A DNA stretch of 64,000 nt from a virus. Its lineage: Duplodnaviria; Caudoviricetes. The notes beneath the pieces were generated by a model. The model was given only the letters and a program-made list of their open reading frames with translations. It did no database searches and was not told where the DNA came from. Shown in pieces: positions 37,781-46,619 of this stretch. The stretch lies in IMG/VR virus record IMGVR_UViG_3300005841_000939. One strand, 5' to 3'. The translations under genes were made by a program, and so were the position numbers. Position 1 is the first letter of the stretch; each line of letters opens with the position of its first letter.

Positions 37781-37975
37781 TTAATATAATACTATACTAA
37801 TATTTTCAATACGAAATCTAGGTGGAAATAAAAGTTCTCTTACTCTATCTTCATATTCAAACATCATTTTCATATTTTTATCATCTGTGTAATTTAAAAA
37901 ACGATATTTCAACATGACTATTCCAGCAAATGGAGGATTTTTAATATATGTATTCCTATTTTGTTTTATTGGCAT
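37781..37975 (-). CDS. KxxR-family protein
   Basis: KQNRNTY..LKYRFL..YEDRVREL. Confidence 0.75.
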   Translation of the reverse strand: MPIKQNRNTYIKNPPFAGIVMLKYRFLNYTDDKNMKMMFEYEDRVRELLFPPRFRIENISIVLY

Positions 37976-37977
37976 AG

Positions 37978-38136
37978 TTATCTAATAACATCATTTTTTG
38001 ATAATGGGGGTTGTTTATAACTTTTCATTTTTCGGCTAGCACAATAATTAATTCTCCATGCACACCACGTATCCTTGATTAGTTTTTCATCATTATTCAT
38101 CAATTTGTATCTATTTAATTTAAAACTATTCTTCAT
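37978..38136 (-). CDS. KxxR-family protein (52 aa, not in track)
   Basis: KLNRYK..IKDTW. Confidence 0.55.
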   Translation of the reverse strand: MKNSFKLNRYKLMNNDEKLIKDTWCAWRINYCASRKMKSYKQPPLSKNDVIR

Positions 38137-38344
38137 ATTTAATATCTTTTATTCTTTTTTCATTAGCCATTATGGAATCTTTTTTGAGATAATATCCTTC
38201 GTCAATAATATCAAAACTATCCTCTTGCGTCATTTTAAGAAATGATTCTTTTACAGTGCAAGTATACAATTGATAATTTGTTATAAAAGGAGTTTTATAG
38301 GTATTTCTAAAAATTTTATTTTTAATATTATTAATGACTAACAT
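38126..38344 (-). CDS. KxxR-family protein
   Basis: KIFRNTY..VKESFL..ANEKRIKDI. Confidence 0.75.
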   Translation of the reverse strand: MLVINNIKNKIFRNTYKTPFITNYQLYTCTVKESFLKMTQEDSFDIIDEGYYLKKDSIMANEKRIKDIKYEE

Positions 38345-38561
38345 GTTTATTTTTCCAAACTATTTTATAAATTGCATAATAAATAACAACATTTTCAAGT
38401 TTCTTATCAGCTATGAATCTAAAAGCAGAAGCTTCATAGTTATAGGTAGTTCTTTTCGTAACATACTTAGAATACTCATTTGCCTTAGGAAAACTTTGTT
38501 TAATAATGACCCATTCTCTTACATCAAATTCTCTTATATATGATTGTCGTGTTTGCATCAT
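38331..38561 (-). CDS. KxxR-family protein
   Basis: MQTRQSY..WVIIKQSF. Confidence 0.7.
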   Translation of the reverse strand: MMQTRQSYIREFDVREWVIIKQSFPKANEYSKYVTKRTTYNYEASAFRFIADKKLENVVIYYAIYKIVWKNKHVSH

Positions 38562-38731
38562 TATTTAAAAGTACCTGCCCAGCGTGTTATTTCAAATATA
38601 TCGTAAGGATCATGATTTGGATCAGCATAATAAGGACATAAATGTTTCGTGTAGACAAATCTAACATCTTTCCATAAGATTTCTACAAAATATGATTGCT
38701 GTCCTGAATATGTTTGTCTATTCTCTTTCAT
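38561..38731 (-). CDS. KxxR-family protein (56 aa, not in track)
   Basis: MKENRQTY..LWKDVRF. Confidence 0.65.
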   Translation of the reverse strand: MKENRQTYSGQQSYFVEILWKDVRFVYTKHLCPYYADPNHDPYDIFEITRWAGTFK

Positions 38732-38862
38732 TTTAATACTTCTATTATTTCGCTTTTCTTTCCTTGTTTATTCAATATACCTACACAAAATAAACGTCGT
38801 AGTACTTTCCACTGATGTTCGTTAAAAAATTTATAATATTCAAATCTATTGATTCTAGTCAT
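38728..38862 (-). CDS. KxxR-family protein (44 aa, not in track)
   Basis: RINRFEY..WKVLRRLF. Confidence 0.55.
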   Translation of the reverse strand: MTRINRFEYYKFFNEHQWKVLRRLFCVGILNKQGKKSEIIEVLK

Positions 38863-39061
38863 ATGCAAATCCCATTCTTACATCTCTAAATTCAGCTAGA
38901 ATATAAAAAATTTGTAAATCTCTATTCTGTAATTGTTTAGAAATTGTTAAATAACTTTCATCATCTTCAGCAATAAAATTGCTGAGTAAAGAAACAACAG
39001 AATAACCAATTTTCAAAGGGGTATATGAAAATGGATCATATGTTTGACGATTTATTTTCAT
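38855..39061 (-). CDS. KxxR-family protein
   Basis: MKINRQTY. Confidence 0.75.
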   Translation of the reverse strand: MKINRQTYDPFSYTPLKIGYSVVSLLSNFIAEDDESYLTISKQLQNRDLQIFYILAEFRDVRMGFAYD

Positions 39062-39288
39062 AAAGAAAAATTAGCAAATCCCACAGATGATTGCCCAATA
39101 TCTAATATTCTACGTTCAATCATGTAAATTGATAGTGGACCTTGAGTCATTGGATCCTCATCAAGTATATTACCTTTTAAAAGAAGAATATCATGAAATA
39201 CATGATAAGTATGATATTTTGATAACTGTCGGTTACATTTTCCTAAAGCTAAAAATAGAGGCATGCCATGTTTAAGTGATTGAATCAT
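39058..39288 (-). CDS. KxxR-family protein (paralog of 39932)
   Basis: KCNRQL..LKGNILDEDP..IERRILDI. Confidence 0.7.
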   Translation of the reverse strand: MIQSLKHGMPLFLALGKCNRQLSKYHTYHVFHDILLLKGNILDEDPMTQGPLSIYMIERRILDIGQSSVGFANFSL

Positions 39289-39545
39289 TTTTTATATATA
39301 AACACATCATATTGCATGTTGTAGAACCTTTTGTCATTTGTTTCAATAAGAATTTTTCTTAATCTTACGTCACTGTTGTAGATAACATTATAGTTATCAT
39401 GGATAAGTCTAGCAGTCAAAAAATCTGAAACAACCTTAGTTGTTAATCCCAAGGTGGAAATAGTTTTTTTAACTGGAGGTCTATCTTGTCTAGTTATTTT
39501 ATCTTGCATAGGATTGTATTTAAATAATTGATTGAATGCGATCAT
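39285..39545 (-). CDS. KxxR-family protein
   Basis: KITRQD. Confidence 0.7.
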   Translation of the reverse strand: MIAFNQLFKYNPMQDKITRQDRPPVKKTISTLGLTTKVVSDFLTARLIHDNYNVIYNSDVRLRKILIETNDKRFYNMQYDVFIYKK

Positions 39546-39678
39546 CGTTGAATTTCATCAAATCCCAATCTACAAATAAATTTTTATTATTTTTAAGAAA
39601 ACTATAATTCACTCCTATAATACCCATTAATTTAAAAATTGTTAATTTAGGATTATATGTATTTCTACTTATCTTCAT
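39520..39678 (-). CDS. KxxR-family protein (52 aa, not in track)
   Basis: MKISRNTY..NDDRIQSI. Confidence 0.6.
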   Translation of the reverse strand: MKISRNTYNPKLTIFKLMGIIGVNYSFLKNNKNLFVDWDLMKFNDDRIQSII

Positions 39679-39935
39679 GATATTATTTTAATTTTTAAAT
39701 AATCCATGTATTCAATAATATGTTGTAATTTATAGACAAAGTTTTCTGATAAACCTTGATTATCATAATAACCTTCTATAACATTTTTTAGACTAACTAA
39801 ATCTTCTAAAACGTGTTCTATCCTTACAACATCATGATATTCTACATCACTTAAATCTAGATAACATTCTTTTAAAGGAATTATGTCTGCTGGTTGTCCA
39901 ACATAAAAATTTGAATACCTAGAAATTTTATTCAT
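39675..39935 (-). CDS. KxxR-family protein
   Basis: KISRYS..LKECYL. Confidence 0.7.
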   Translation of the reverse strand: MNKISRYSNFYVGQPADIIPLKECYLDLSDVEYHDVVRIEHVLEDLVSLKNVIEGYYDNQGLSENFVYKLQHIIEYMDYLKIKIIS

Positions 39936-40156
39936 TTAAATGAATTATAGTAGGATTTATAATAGAGGTTTCCACTGATATTTGATATTCTACATTCAAT
40001 TTGATAAATTGATAGCATCCCTTGTTTATTAGGATCCTCTTTTATAAAATATCCCTTTAATACGCATATATCATTAAACAGACATGCATAGTTATATGTA
40101 TGTTCTTGTCTATTAGACTTAAACAAAAATAAAGGATTTCCATGTATGAACTGCAT
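39932..40156 (-). CDS. KxxR-family protein (paralog of 39058)
   Basis: KSNRQE..LKGYFIKEDP..IECRISNI. Confidence 0.7.
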   Translation of the reverse strand: MQFIHGNPLFLFKSNRQEHTYNYACLFNDICVLKGYFIKEDPNKQGMLSIYQIECRISNISGNLYYKSYYNSFK

Positions 40157-40383
40157 TAAACTAAACCTTTAAACTCTATTCCATTATCGGAATCTTTATA
40201 CATAAAAAAGGATTTAGAATTATTCAGGAAAAGAAATTTAGTTAATATATATTTCCACTTGTTGTTTATTTGTTTAAACGAATCGGATTTATAGTTTTCT
40301 CTATATTCTTTTGTTAAAAATGCTGAAATAGATATAGATACAGGATCTATCGGGAAGTTTTCCATAATTATTTTTCTAAACAA
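40156..40383 (-). CDS. KxxR-family protein
   Basis: KEYRENY..KWKYILTKF. Confidence 0.65.
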   Translation of the reverse strand: MFRKIIMENFPIDPVSISISAFLTKEYRENYKSDSFKQINNKWKYILTKFLFLNNSKSFFMYKDSDNGIEFKGLV

Positions 40384-40735
40384 AATTTAATAATTTATAA
40401 TTGTGATTTTTTAAGATTGAATATCGTGATCGTAAACCTATATTTGGTTTTATGTCTTCTTTCTTAAAAAAATTAATAATTAAATTTTGCCAGGACTCTT
40501 TGATAGTGTTTAATGCATATTCTGATTTAAAATTATTTCTATTTTCTTTATTTAATTCAATTTCATAAACAGAATTATTGAAATTAATTGGCACATATGG
40601 AGCATAAACATAACCAACATCCCAAGTATCATCAAACCTTTTTGTATATTTTAAAACATCATCTTTTAAAATATTTAATATTTCATCTTCTATTTCTTTT
40701 TTATATTTTTCAACAAGCTCATCAATATTTTTCAT
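40376..40735 (-). CDS. chimera: telescoped T4-type capsid C-terminal motifs plus KxxR module
   Basis: EIEDEILNIL, DVGYVYAPYVPI and KPNIGLRSRY around KENRNNF..ESWQNL. Confidence 0.8.
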   Translation of the reverse strand: MKNIDELVEKYKKEIEDEILNILKDDVLKYTKRFDDTWDVGYVYAPYVPINFNNSVYEIELNKENRNNFKSEYALNTIKESWQNLIINFFKKEDIKPNIGLRSRYSILKNHNYKLLNFV

Positions 40736-41117
40736 TCCACCATTTTACAGGAATTTTGTTTATTTCGTTAATAAACTTTGGAGAATTCTTAAAAGTTTTG
40801 CTAATAAGATCAATATCACTCTGAACATATCTAACAAAGTGATCATATCTAAAATTATAAGTTGTAATAGGCCCAATAATCGTATCTTTTTTACCTTCTG
40901 ACCATAAACCAAAAATGTCCCATTCAATTTGTTTTGCTACCTGCATATGTTCGCTAGTCGTTTTACGATTGTATTTAATCCGTGTTGTATATTTTGCATT
41001 GCAAACATCTGCCATAACAAGTTCTTTAATATCCATCCAATAATCTACATCAAAATCGTTTTTTGAATACCTACCAATTTTTCTTCTATGTTGTAAAGTT
41101 ATAAGCGCCATTGTCAT
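40722..41117 (-). CDS. KxxR-family protein, extended
   Basis: KIGRYS..WMDIKEL. Confidence 0.7.
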   Translation of the reverse strand: MTMALITLQHRRKIGRYSKNDFDVDYWMDIKELVMADVCNAKYTTRIKYNRKTTSEHMQVAKQIEWDIFGLWSEGKKDTIIGPITTYNFRYDHFVRYVQSDIDLISKTFKNSPKFINEINKIPVKWWNEKY

Positions 41118-41337
41118 ATCCTAAAAGCCATAGTTCATTGATTCTAGTATCATTTTCAACAATTGCCACAATTTGTTCTCCATTCATATCAGGATCAATA
41201 AACTCACGTTTAACATACATTAGATCCTCTAAAAATAAATGTCCGTTATAAACTGGCTTATACCTATGATTTTTAAACATGAATGTTTCTGATGGAGAAA
41301 AATCAGGAACACCAACATATTTTATGCTCAATGTCAT
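41086..41337 (-). CDS. KxxR-family protein
   Basis: KNHRYK..VKREFI..ENDTRINEL. Confidence 0.65.
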   Translation of the reverse strand: MTLSIKYVGVPDFSPSETFMFKNHRYKPVYNGHLFLEDLMYVKREFIDPDMNGEQIVAIVENDTRINELWLLGYDNGAYNFTT

Positions 41338-41349
41338 ATGTTACCTATT

Positions 41350-41589
41350 TTATACATGCCAATATCTTTCATCAATTAAATCATTAAATAAACCGTACAA
41401 TCTTCTTTCATTATCATACATATCACAGAAGAGTTTACAATCCTCCAGGCCCCTTGAAATAAGAAATTTATTATTATGGTATGCCAATGTATCAATATCA
41501 TGAATACATTTAATTATTAATTGATAATCATGTCTTCCAATTTTTTCAGTCACGATGATTCCCCCATTGATCAAATAAGGCATTCTCAA
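41350..41589 (-). CDS. KxxR-family protein
   Basis: KIGRHDY. Confidence 0.65.
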   Translation of the reverse strand: MRMPYLINGGIIVTEKIGRHDYQLIIKCIHDIDTLAYHNNKFLISRGLEDCKLFCDMYDNERRLYGLFNDLIDERYWHV

Positions 41590-41782
41590 TTCTTGAAATA
41601 ATATTATATGGATATGGATGTGGATTAATACCTTTTTCTATTAAGAAAAAATTTCTCAATTCACGAAAATATGGTCCGTGAATGAAACGATCAATACGAT
41701 CTCCTCTATACTCTTTTGATTTAATGATAGTTCTTAAAGAGATATGAATATTTTTAGTTCTATTACCATATTGAATATTCAT
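41546..41782 (-). CDS. KxxR-family protein
   Basis: RIDRF..LRNFFL. Confidence 0.6.
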   Translation of the reverse strand: MNIQYGNRTKNIHISLRTIIKSKEYRGDRIDRFIHGPYFRELRNFFLIEKGINPHPYPYNIISRIENALFDQWGNHRD

Positions 41783-41784
41783 GT

Positions 41785-41976
41785 TTAATCACGTTTAGAG
41801 AACTTTTCTACAACCTTTATTTCAAACACTCTATTTTCATAATTTCTAATAGAACGTCCTTTGATAAGAGAGTCAAAAATAGGGTGTATATTTAGGAATT
41901 CTTCTCTCAATTTACATAAATCTAGACTGAAATTGACGTTTGTGGCTAATTTATGATGTCTTGATTCTTTTTTCAT
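41785..41976 (-). CDS. KxxR-family protein
   Basis: KESRHH..LREEFL..YENRVFEI. Confidence 0.75.
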   Translation of the reverse strand: MKKESRHHKLATNVNFSLDLCKLREEFLNIHPIFDSLIKGRSIRNYENRVFEIKVVEKFSKRD

Positions 41977-42293
41977 CCTGAATCCCCTAGGAGAACATAA
42001 CAGTCTTCGCCCTTCATTTCTCTTATATCTATACCGTAAAATTTAATAAGTCTTAAACGACTTGTTTCCTTATATTCAAAAAACTCAATAGAATCTAGTT
42101 TTCTTATTAAAAATAATTTGACACCAATATCAATCATGACAATGCATTCTTCTCTAATATAAGGACGACTTAGACGGTTCAATTTATCGTTCATAATTAA
42201 TATGCAAAGATGTTGTATGATACATTTATTATCTTCTAAACCTATAAAAATCATACATGCGTTTATCATGTGCATGAATATATTCAGCAACAT
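41973..42293 (-). CDS. KxxR-family protein (true start probably internal)
   Basis: KLNRLS..VKLFL. Confidence 0.6.
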   Translation of the reverse strand: MLLNIFMHMINACMIFIGLEDNKCIIQHLCILIMNDKLNRLSRPYIREECIVMIDIGVKLFLIRKLDSIEFFEYKETSRLRLIKFYGIDIREMKGEDCYVLLGDSG

Positions 42294-42414
42294 GAATTGA
42301 TAAATTTTTATTATTTATCATTAAAAATCCAATTTTTAAATCTGAATAGACATGAAGTGAAAAATATATTGTTTCTCTTGATACATTCAGTGAATTTCTA
42401 TTAATTTTATTCAT
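42229..42414 (-). CDS. KxxR-family protein
   Basis: KINRNS..LKIGFL..AHDKRM. Confidence 0.7.
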   Translation of the reverse strand: MNKINRNSLNVSRETIYFSLHVYSDLKIGFLMINNKNLSIHVAEYIHAHDKRMYDFYRFRR

Positions 42415-42925
42415 TTTTACTTCTAAACCATTGATAATCTAGGTCATAATTTGTATTAGTTGGTCCGTAAAGATCAACTGATGGTACTTCCCCCTCGTTA
42501 AATGGTTTTGTCCAAATTGGCCAAATAAATCTTTCTATATGCTCCATGTGGATTCTATCAACAAGATGCGCTGAATGCCAAACGTACTTGTCAATAAACC
42601 TCATTCTTATATCCGACCAAGTTGATGCACTAAAATAGTCAACTCTTCTAGGATTATCTGAATGTCTATCTGAAAAAGTAAACCAATAAGGTCTAATATC
42701 AAAATCGTTGTAATGTATATTGTCTATCCAGGAAGCATTATCTCTATTCTCTAATATGAATTCAATATGATGATGTCTTTTATTTCTAAAACTTTCTGAA
42801 ATAAATGTATCATAACCTATAAAAGGTTTAATACAATTCCTTAATTCATTCTCATCAATGTCTAATGTAGGTATTCCATTAATTCGGATTATACTTTCTA
42901 TTTCGTTGATCTTGTCATAAACCAT
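42407..42925 (-). CDS. 172 aa hypothetical protein, possible divergent member
   Basis: STWSDIRMRFI resembles the WxxLxxxF motif. Confidence 0.6.
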   Translation of the reverse strand: MVYDKINEIESIIRINGIPTLDIDENELRNCIKPFIGYDTFISESFRNKRHHHIEFILENRDNASWIDNIHYNDFDIRPYWFTFSDRHSDNPRRVDYFSASTWSDIRMRFIDKYVWHSAHLVDRIHMEHIERFIWPIWTKPFNEGEVPSVDLYGPTNTNYDLDYQWFRSKNE

Positions 42926-42983
42926 TAGGATACAATTTTACTAAGTTGATTATATTTTGAAAGAGTATTCATGTTGGTTCTAT

Positions 42984-43142
42984 TCACAACAAATAAGGAG
43001 CATGCCATCCATCAAGATGCCTAAATTCATATGAACTTTTAGAAACGTAAAGCTCATTTAGATAAGAACTTCGGCATTGGCGCCAATCACTACTAAAAGA
43101 TCCTCTAGTTTCTGTTGTATATCTGTCTATTTTAAAAAACAT
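42984..43142 (-). CDS. KxxR-family protein (52 aa, not in track)
   Basis: KIDRYT..WRQCRSSY. Confidence 0.6.
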   Translation of the reverse strand: MFFKIDRYTTETRGSFSSDWRQCRSSYLNELYVSKSSYEFRHLDGWHAPYLL

Positions 43143-43362
43143 ATTCTTTATTAGCTAATAAGTTATTATATTTGTGTACGAATGGTCCATATCTTATATC
43201 AATAACATCTATGTCCGCATATGTTATGTGATTTATTTCCTTTCCAGGATTCTCAATACTAAAAATAAAAAGTGTACGAATAATTCTCAATCCTGAACTA
43301 ATTACAATTGCATACTCATATTCTTTATATTGCCTAGTATCTTTTTTAATTTTTTTAATCAT
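43132..43362 (-). CDS. KxxR-family protein
   Basis: KDTRQY..IRTLF. Confidence 0.65.
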   Translation of the reverse strand: MIKKIKKDTRQYKEYEYAIVISSGLRIIRTLFIFSIENPGKEINHITYADIDVIDIRYGPFVHKYNNLLANKEYVF

Positions 43363-43561
43363 TTATTGTCTTGAAACCATCTTTTTCTAGGATCCGTATT
43401 ATTCTATCTTCACTATATCGTATGTTTGTTGGGCAATCAAGTTTTATCTCTTCTTGAGGTATTTTTAAAAATGTTTCTTTCAAATGACAATAATCAAAAG
43501 AAAACCAGGAGCGCATTTCTGTGAGAGAGGTATATCTATCAACCTTCTCATCATACATCAT
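43355..43561 (-). CDS. KxxR-family protein
   Basis: KVDRYT..LKETFL..SEDRIIRI. Confidence 0.75.
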   Translation of the reverse strand: MMYDEKVDRYTSLTEMRSWFSFDYCHLKETFLKIPQEEIKLDCPTNIRYSEDRIIRILEKDGFKTIND

Positions 43562-43832
43562 AAGATGATTTTATGGTTTTGATATTATAATCAAGGTATA
43601 TTTGTTTTGACCTATAATCAAAATCATCAAATAGATTTATAGGTATTTTTAGTTCAGTGCTCAAAAATCGTATACGTTCTTTAATAAACAAAAAGTCTAA
43701 TGATCGTATTTCTATGTCTTCTATATCTCTTGAATTTCCATCTTTGATAAATTGTTTTTTGATAATTTTCATATTTTCAAATATAAGAATATCTTTTGAG
43801 AAAATTACTTTTGAAAATCTATCTAATTTCAT
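43551..43832 (-). CDS. KxxR-family protein
   Basis: KLDRFS..IKKQFI..IKERI. Confidence 0.7.
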   Translation of the reverse strand: MKLDRFSKVIFSKDILIFENMKIIKKQFIKDGNSRDIEDIEIRSLDFLFIKERIRFLSTELKIPINLFDDFDYRSKQIYLDYNIKTIKSSYDV

Positions 43833-44047
43833 ACTAAAAGACTTTCAAAAAACTTTTCCATGTATCCATTAGATTTGTTGTGGAGATTAAAGAAGTTTAT
43901 TAAAAAATTGATTCTCAAAATTCTAAATTCACCTAATTCACCTAGAGGATCAATAATTATAGAAGAATACGCAGGATTCTTTTCCATACTCCAGATAATA
44001 TAACTATGACGTGTAATTTTCATTATTTTAAAAATGTCCTCATCCAT
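43829..44047 (-). CDS. KxxR-family protein
   Basis: KITRHSY..LRINFL. Confidence 0.7.
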   Translation of the reverse strand: MDEDIFKIMKITRHSYIIWSMEKNPAYSSIIIDPLGELGEFRILRINFLINFFNLHNKSNGYMEKFFESLLV

Positions 44048-44238
44048 TTTGCCATAGGAATCATGTTTATATATTGCTGCATTTGATTATTAGTTTTGGG
44101 ATAAAGTGGGTAACGATTTACACAAAATGATGAGCGAACTATAAACCATTCATCCTGAGTACTAAAAGATCCCACTGAAACAAACTTTATAAATCCATCA
44201 GATAGTTTATGTTTGTTTAGTCTAGTTATTTTTTTCAA
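44023..44238 (-). CDS. KxxR-family protein
   Basis: KITRLN..WFIVRSSF. Confidence 0.7.
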   Translation of the reverse strand: MKKITRLNKHKLSDGFIKFVSVGSFSTQDEWFIVRSSFCVNRYPLYPKTNNQMQQYINMIPMAKWMRTFLK

Positions 44239-44411
44239 TTTTTATCTCTTAAATTAAAACCAGAGCATTCAATTCTGAGAATGAGCTGTCTATCTCTTTC
44301 AGTGTATAATCTCAGAAAATTACATTTTATATCACGCATCACCCAAGCCAATGAATTGTTCATAAAACGACAACTATAACCCTGAAAGTTATAACGATTA
44401 ATAATTTTCAT
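44235..44411 (-). CDS. KxxR-family protein (58 aa, not in track)
   Basis: IINRYN..IKCNFL. Confidence 0.6.
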   Translation of the reverse strand: MKIINRYNFQGYSCRFMNNSLAWVMRDIKCNFLRLYTERDRQLILRIECSGFNLRDKN

Positions 44412-44661
44412 TTTTACCCAACACTTTGAATTTATGCTTCATTTCTAGTTCAAATAGAACTACATCAGGGAAATTATCATATGGATAACGTTCTGAAAAT
44501 TCTCTTAAAAAATATGTTCTACGCTCATATCCATGAATTGATACATCTTCAGACGAATATAATTTTATTTTAAAAAAATTAATCTTTATTTTGTATAAAG
44601 GCTCTGATAGTTCCCTAAAAATATCTAGTAGAGGTAAAATATTATGACGATTAATTTTCAT
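44398..44661 (-). CDS. KxxR-family protein
   Basis: KINRHN..IKINFF..YERRT. Confidence 0.75.
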   Translation of the reverse strand: MKINRHNILPLLDIFRELSEPLYKIKINFFKIKLYSSEDVSIHGYERRTYFLREFSERYPYDNFPDVVLFELEMKHKFKVLGKNENY

Positions 44662-44845
44662 GGATTAATGTATCCTCATACCACAAAGTTATTATTTTAA
44701 TTTCATAGTTAACAAGCTCAGTTCTATATCCAATAAATTTTTTACTAAACAAAAAATCGCTTTTTATTGAGATATAAACTTCAGAGGCATCATCATAATA
44801 AATTTTTGATGTCATCGTTTCATAATCATACCGATCAGTCTTCAT
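44651..44845 (-). CDS. KxxR-family protein
   Basis: KTDRYDY..IKSDFL..YEIKI. Confidence 0.75.
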   Translation of the reverse strand: MKTDRYDYETMTSKIYYDDASEVYISIKSDFLFSKKFIGYRTELVNYEIKIITLWYEDTLIHEN

Positions 44846-45047
44846 TAACTAATTCTATGATTCTTCTATCTTTAACTAAAAAATCACGATTTAATTCTGA
44901 ATATCTTTTTCTATTAAAAGTCCTATTCATAATATAACATACCCTTATATCTGATATGGTATGAGTATGATGATTTATAAACCACATAGTGTTTAAATAA
45001 TTTAGATTTTCTAAATCTTGCCTAGTTATTTTTTTATGTATTACCAT
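44835..45047 (-). CDS. KxxR-family protein
   Basis: KITRQD..IRVCY..KDRRIIEL. Confidence 0.7.
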   Translation of the reverse strand: MVIHKKITRQDLENLNYLNTMWFINHHTHTISDIRVCYIMNRTFNRKRYSELNRDFLVKDRRIIELVNED

Positions 45048-45333
45048 AGAAGGAAAACTGTATCATTTTCAGTTAAGGTATGTCCAATGTCTTCCAATAG
45101 CAAGTTTACAATACGTTCCTCATATTTCAATAGGATTCTTTTACCTTCATCTTCATCTGTTCCATAATGCGCCAACAAATAATCATTTCCGTAAGGATCA
45201 ACATCCCACTCATAAAAATATTTTTTATTTAATTTACGTGATGAAAATATTACTTTGATAATAACCCATAGTTCTACGTCAAAGGTATTTTTATATAGCT
45301 TACTATGATGCCTATTTGTTTTTTGTTTATCAT
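45041..45333 (-). pseudogene. frameshifted KxxR-family member
   Basis: ATG 45333 (MINKK) is out of frame with KTNRHHS..WVIIKVIF..YEERIVNL; joined by a -1 shift in an A6 run. Confidence 0.6.
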
Positions 45334-45548
45334 ATAAGTTTTAACAAAGATACATCTACTTCAATTTGATTTTTTCTTGAAATTCTACGTCCCTCAACCA
45401 ATATTGAATCAATTTTCTGATGATTCAATTCCTCCTCCATAGATATATTATATTTAATAATTCTCAAAGCAGAAAGAAACGTGACTAAATTCTCCATGTT
45501 AAATGTTTTATCAGTGTTTCTATTTATTTTATAAGGACTTGCAAACAT
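45330..45548 (-). CDS. KxxR-family protein
   Basis: KINRNT..IKYNI..EGRRI. Confidence 0.7.
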   Translation of the reverse strand: MFASPYKINRNTDKTFNMENLVTFLSALRIIKYNISMEEELNHQKIDSILVEGRRISRKNQIEVDVSLLKLI

Positions 45549-45772
45549 TATGCATTATCTTTAAGCATTAATTGTATTCTTCTATCGTTTTCTAATATTT
45601 CATATTTTATTTTTATATAAAAATCTGAGGAATCTAATGCCATACGCTTTTTATCAATCTTAGTGACTTTATATATGAAATCAATCCTCTTAAAAATCCA
45701 AAAAGGTTCATATTTTTGAGTTAAATATGTGTTCCTATTTATTTTATCAACAATATTGCCAGTAGGTTTCAT
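45548..45772 (-). CDS. KxxR-family protein
   Basis: KINRNTY..WIFKRIDF..ENDRRIQL. Confidence 0.75.
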   Translation of the reverse strand: MKPTGNIVDKINRNTYLTQKYEPFWIFKRIDFIYKVTKIDKKRMALDSSDFYIKIKYEILENDRRIQLMLKDNA

Positions 45773-46005
45773 CAGTAGCCTAAGTAATAATATTTTCTTA
45801 TAATGCTAGGTTTTTCAAGTTCTTTTAATTCAAACGTTCGCTGTTCAATGATGTCTAAATTTTCAAAAGAGGTCTTAGTCCATTTAAGTTTTATCTGAAC
45901 AAGCCATTTGGCATATCGCACTTTTCTTCTATGTGACATTCCATAGTTTTGTCTATGTAATCTGGTATCAACCTCATAAAGTGGCTTCATAAATTTTCTT
46001 CGCAA
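45772..46005 (-). CDS. KxxR-family protein
   Basis: RLHRQNY..WLVQIKLKW..IEQRTFEL. Confidence 0.7.
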   Translation of the reverse strand: MRRKFMKPLYEVDTRLHRQNYGMSHRRKVRYAKWLVQIKLKWTKTSFENLDIIEQRTFELKELEKPSIIRKYYYLGY

Positions 46006-46306
46006 TTAAACTTTTTAGGGCAAAATCATTGCGATTTATATTGTAAATGTAATCTGAAAATTTAATAGCTTGTTCCTTGTTGCTTATTATAGTAATGTCA
46101 CAGTGAGGATCAAGTATCCTCAGTTTTAAATGTGTCCAGTCTTCTTGAAAATCCCTTATATCATAGAGAAATTTGTTATATCTAGTTTGAGGCCAAAAAT
46201 AACGCATACCTTGTACCATTTTAACAGAATAAGCTTCAAAAGGATAATAAATGCAAATCCTAACACTTTCGCACCAGTGTTCTAAAGTAAGTTCATCACT
46301 ATACAT
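45974..46306 (-). CDS. KxxR-family protein
   Basis: PQTRYN..WTHLKLRI. Confidence 0.65.
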   Translation of the reverse strand: MYSDELTLEHWCESVRICIYYPFEAYSVKMVQGMRYFWPQTRYNKFLYDIRDFQEDWTHLKLRILDPHCDITIISNKEQAIKFSDYIYNINRNDFALKSLIAKKIYEATL

Positions 46307-46619
46307 CTAAACTCTCAACGATGAATCTTATGGATATTTCTTTTATGCGAATTGCATAATTGAGAAAATCATTGTAATCATTTTCATCTTTAATTTTTAT
46401 TGGTTCTATTACATCATCTAATTTTATTTGTAAAATAGTTATGTCTTTTAAATTAAAATATTCTTTAAATTTGTAAAGTTTTAATGCATTGAGATATTCA
46501 GCATAATCTCCACTATCATAGTTTTGATGATTTGAATGTCTTGTAAATTTATCTACTATTGGATGATATGAATTAACCATTATAAAACTCCCTATAACGC
46601 ATTTTTTCCAATACATCAT
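46299..46619 (-). CDS. KxxR-family protein
   Basis: KFTRHS..LKLYKF. Confidence 0.7.
   Translation of the reverse strand: MMYWKKCVIGSFIMVNSYHPIVDKFTRHSNHQNYDSGDYAEYLNALKLYKFKEYFNLKDITILQIKLDDVIEPIKIKDENDYNDFLNYAIRIKEISIRFIVESLDV

Noticed and set aside
31482-40735. A real, fragmented major capsid or tail-sheath gene
   Set aside because: The pieces are short, scattered over 9 kb, duplicated and each fused in frame to the KxxR module; they cannot be joined into a full-length gene.
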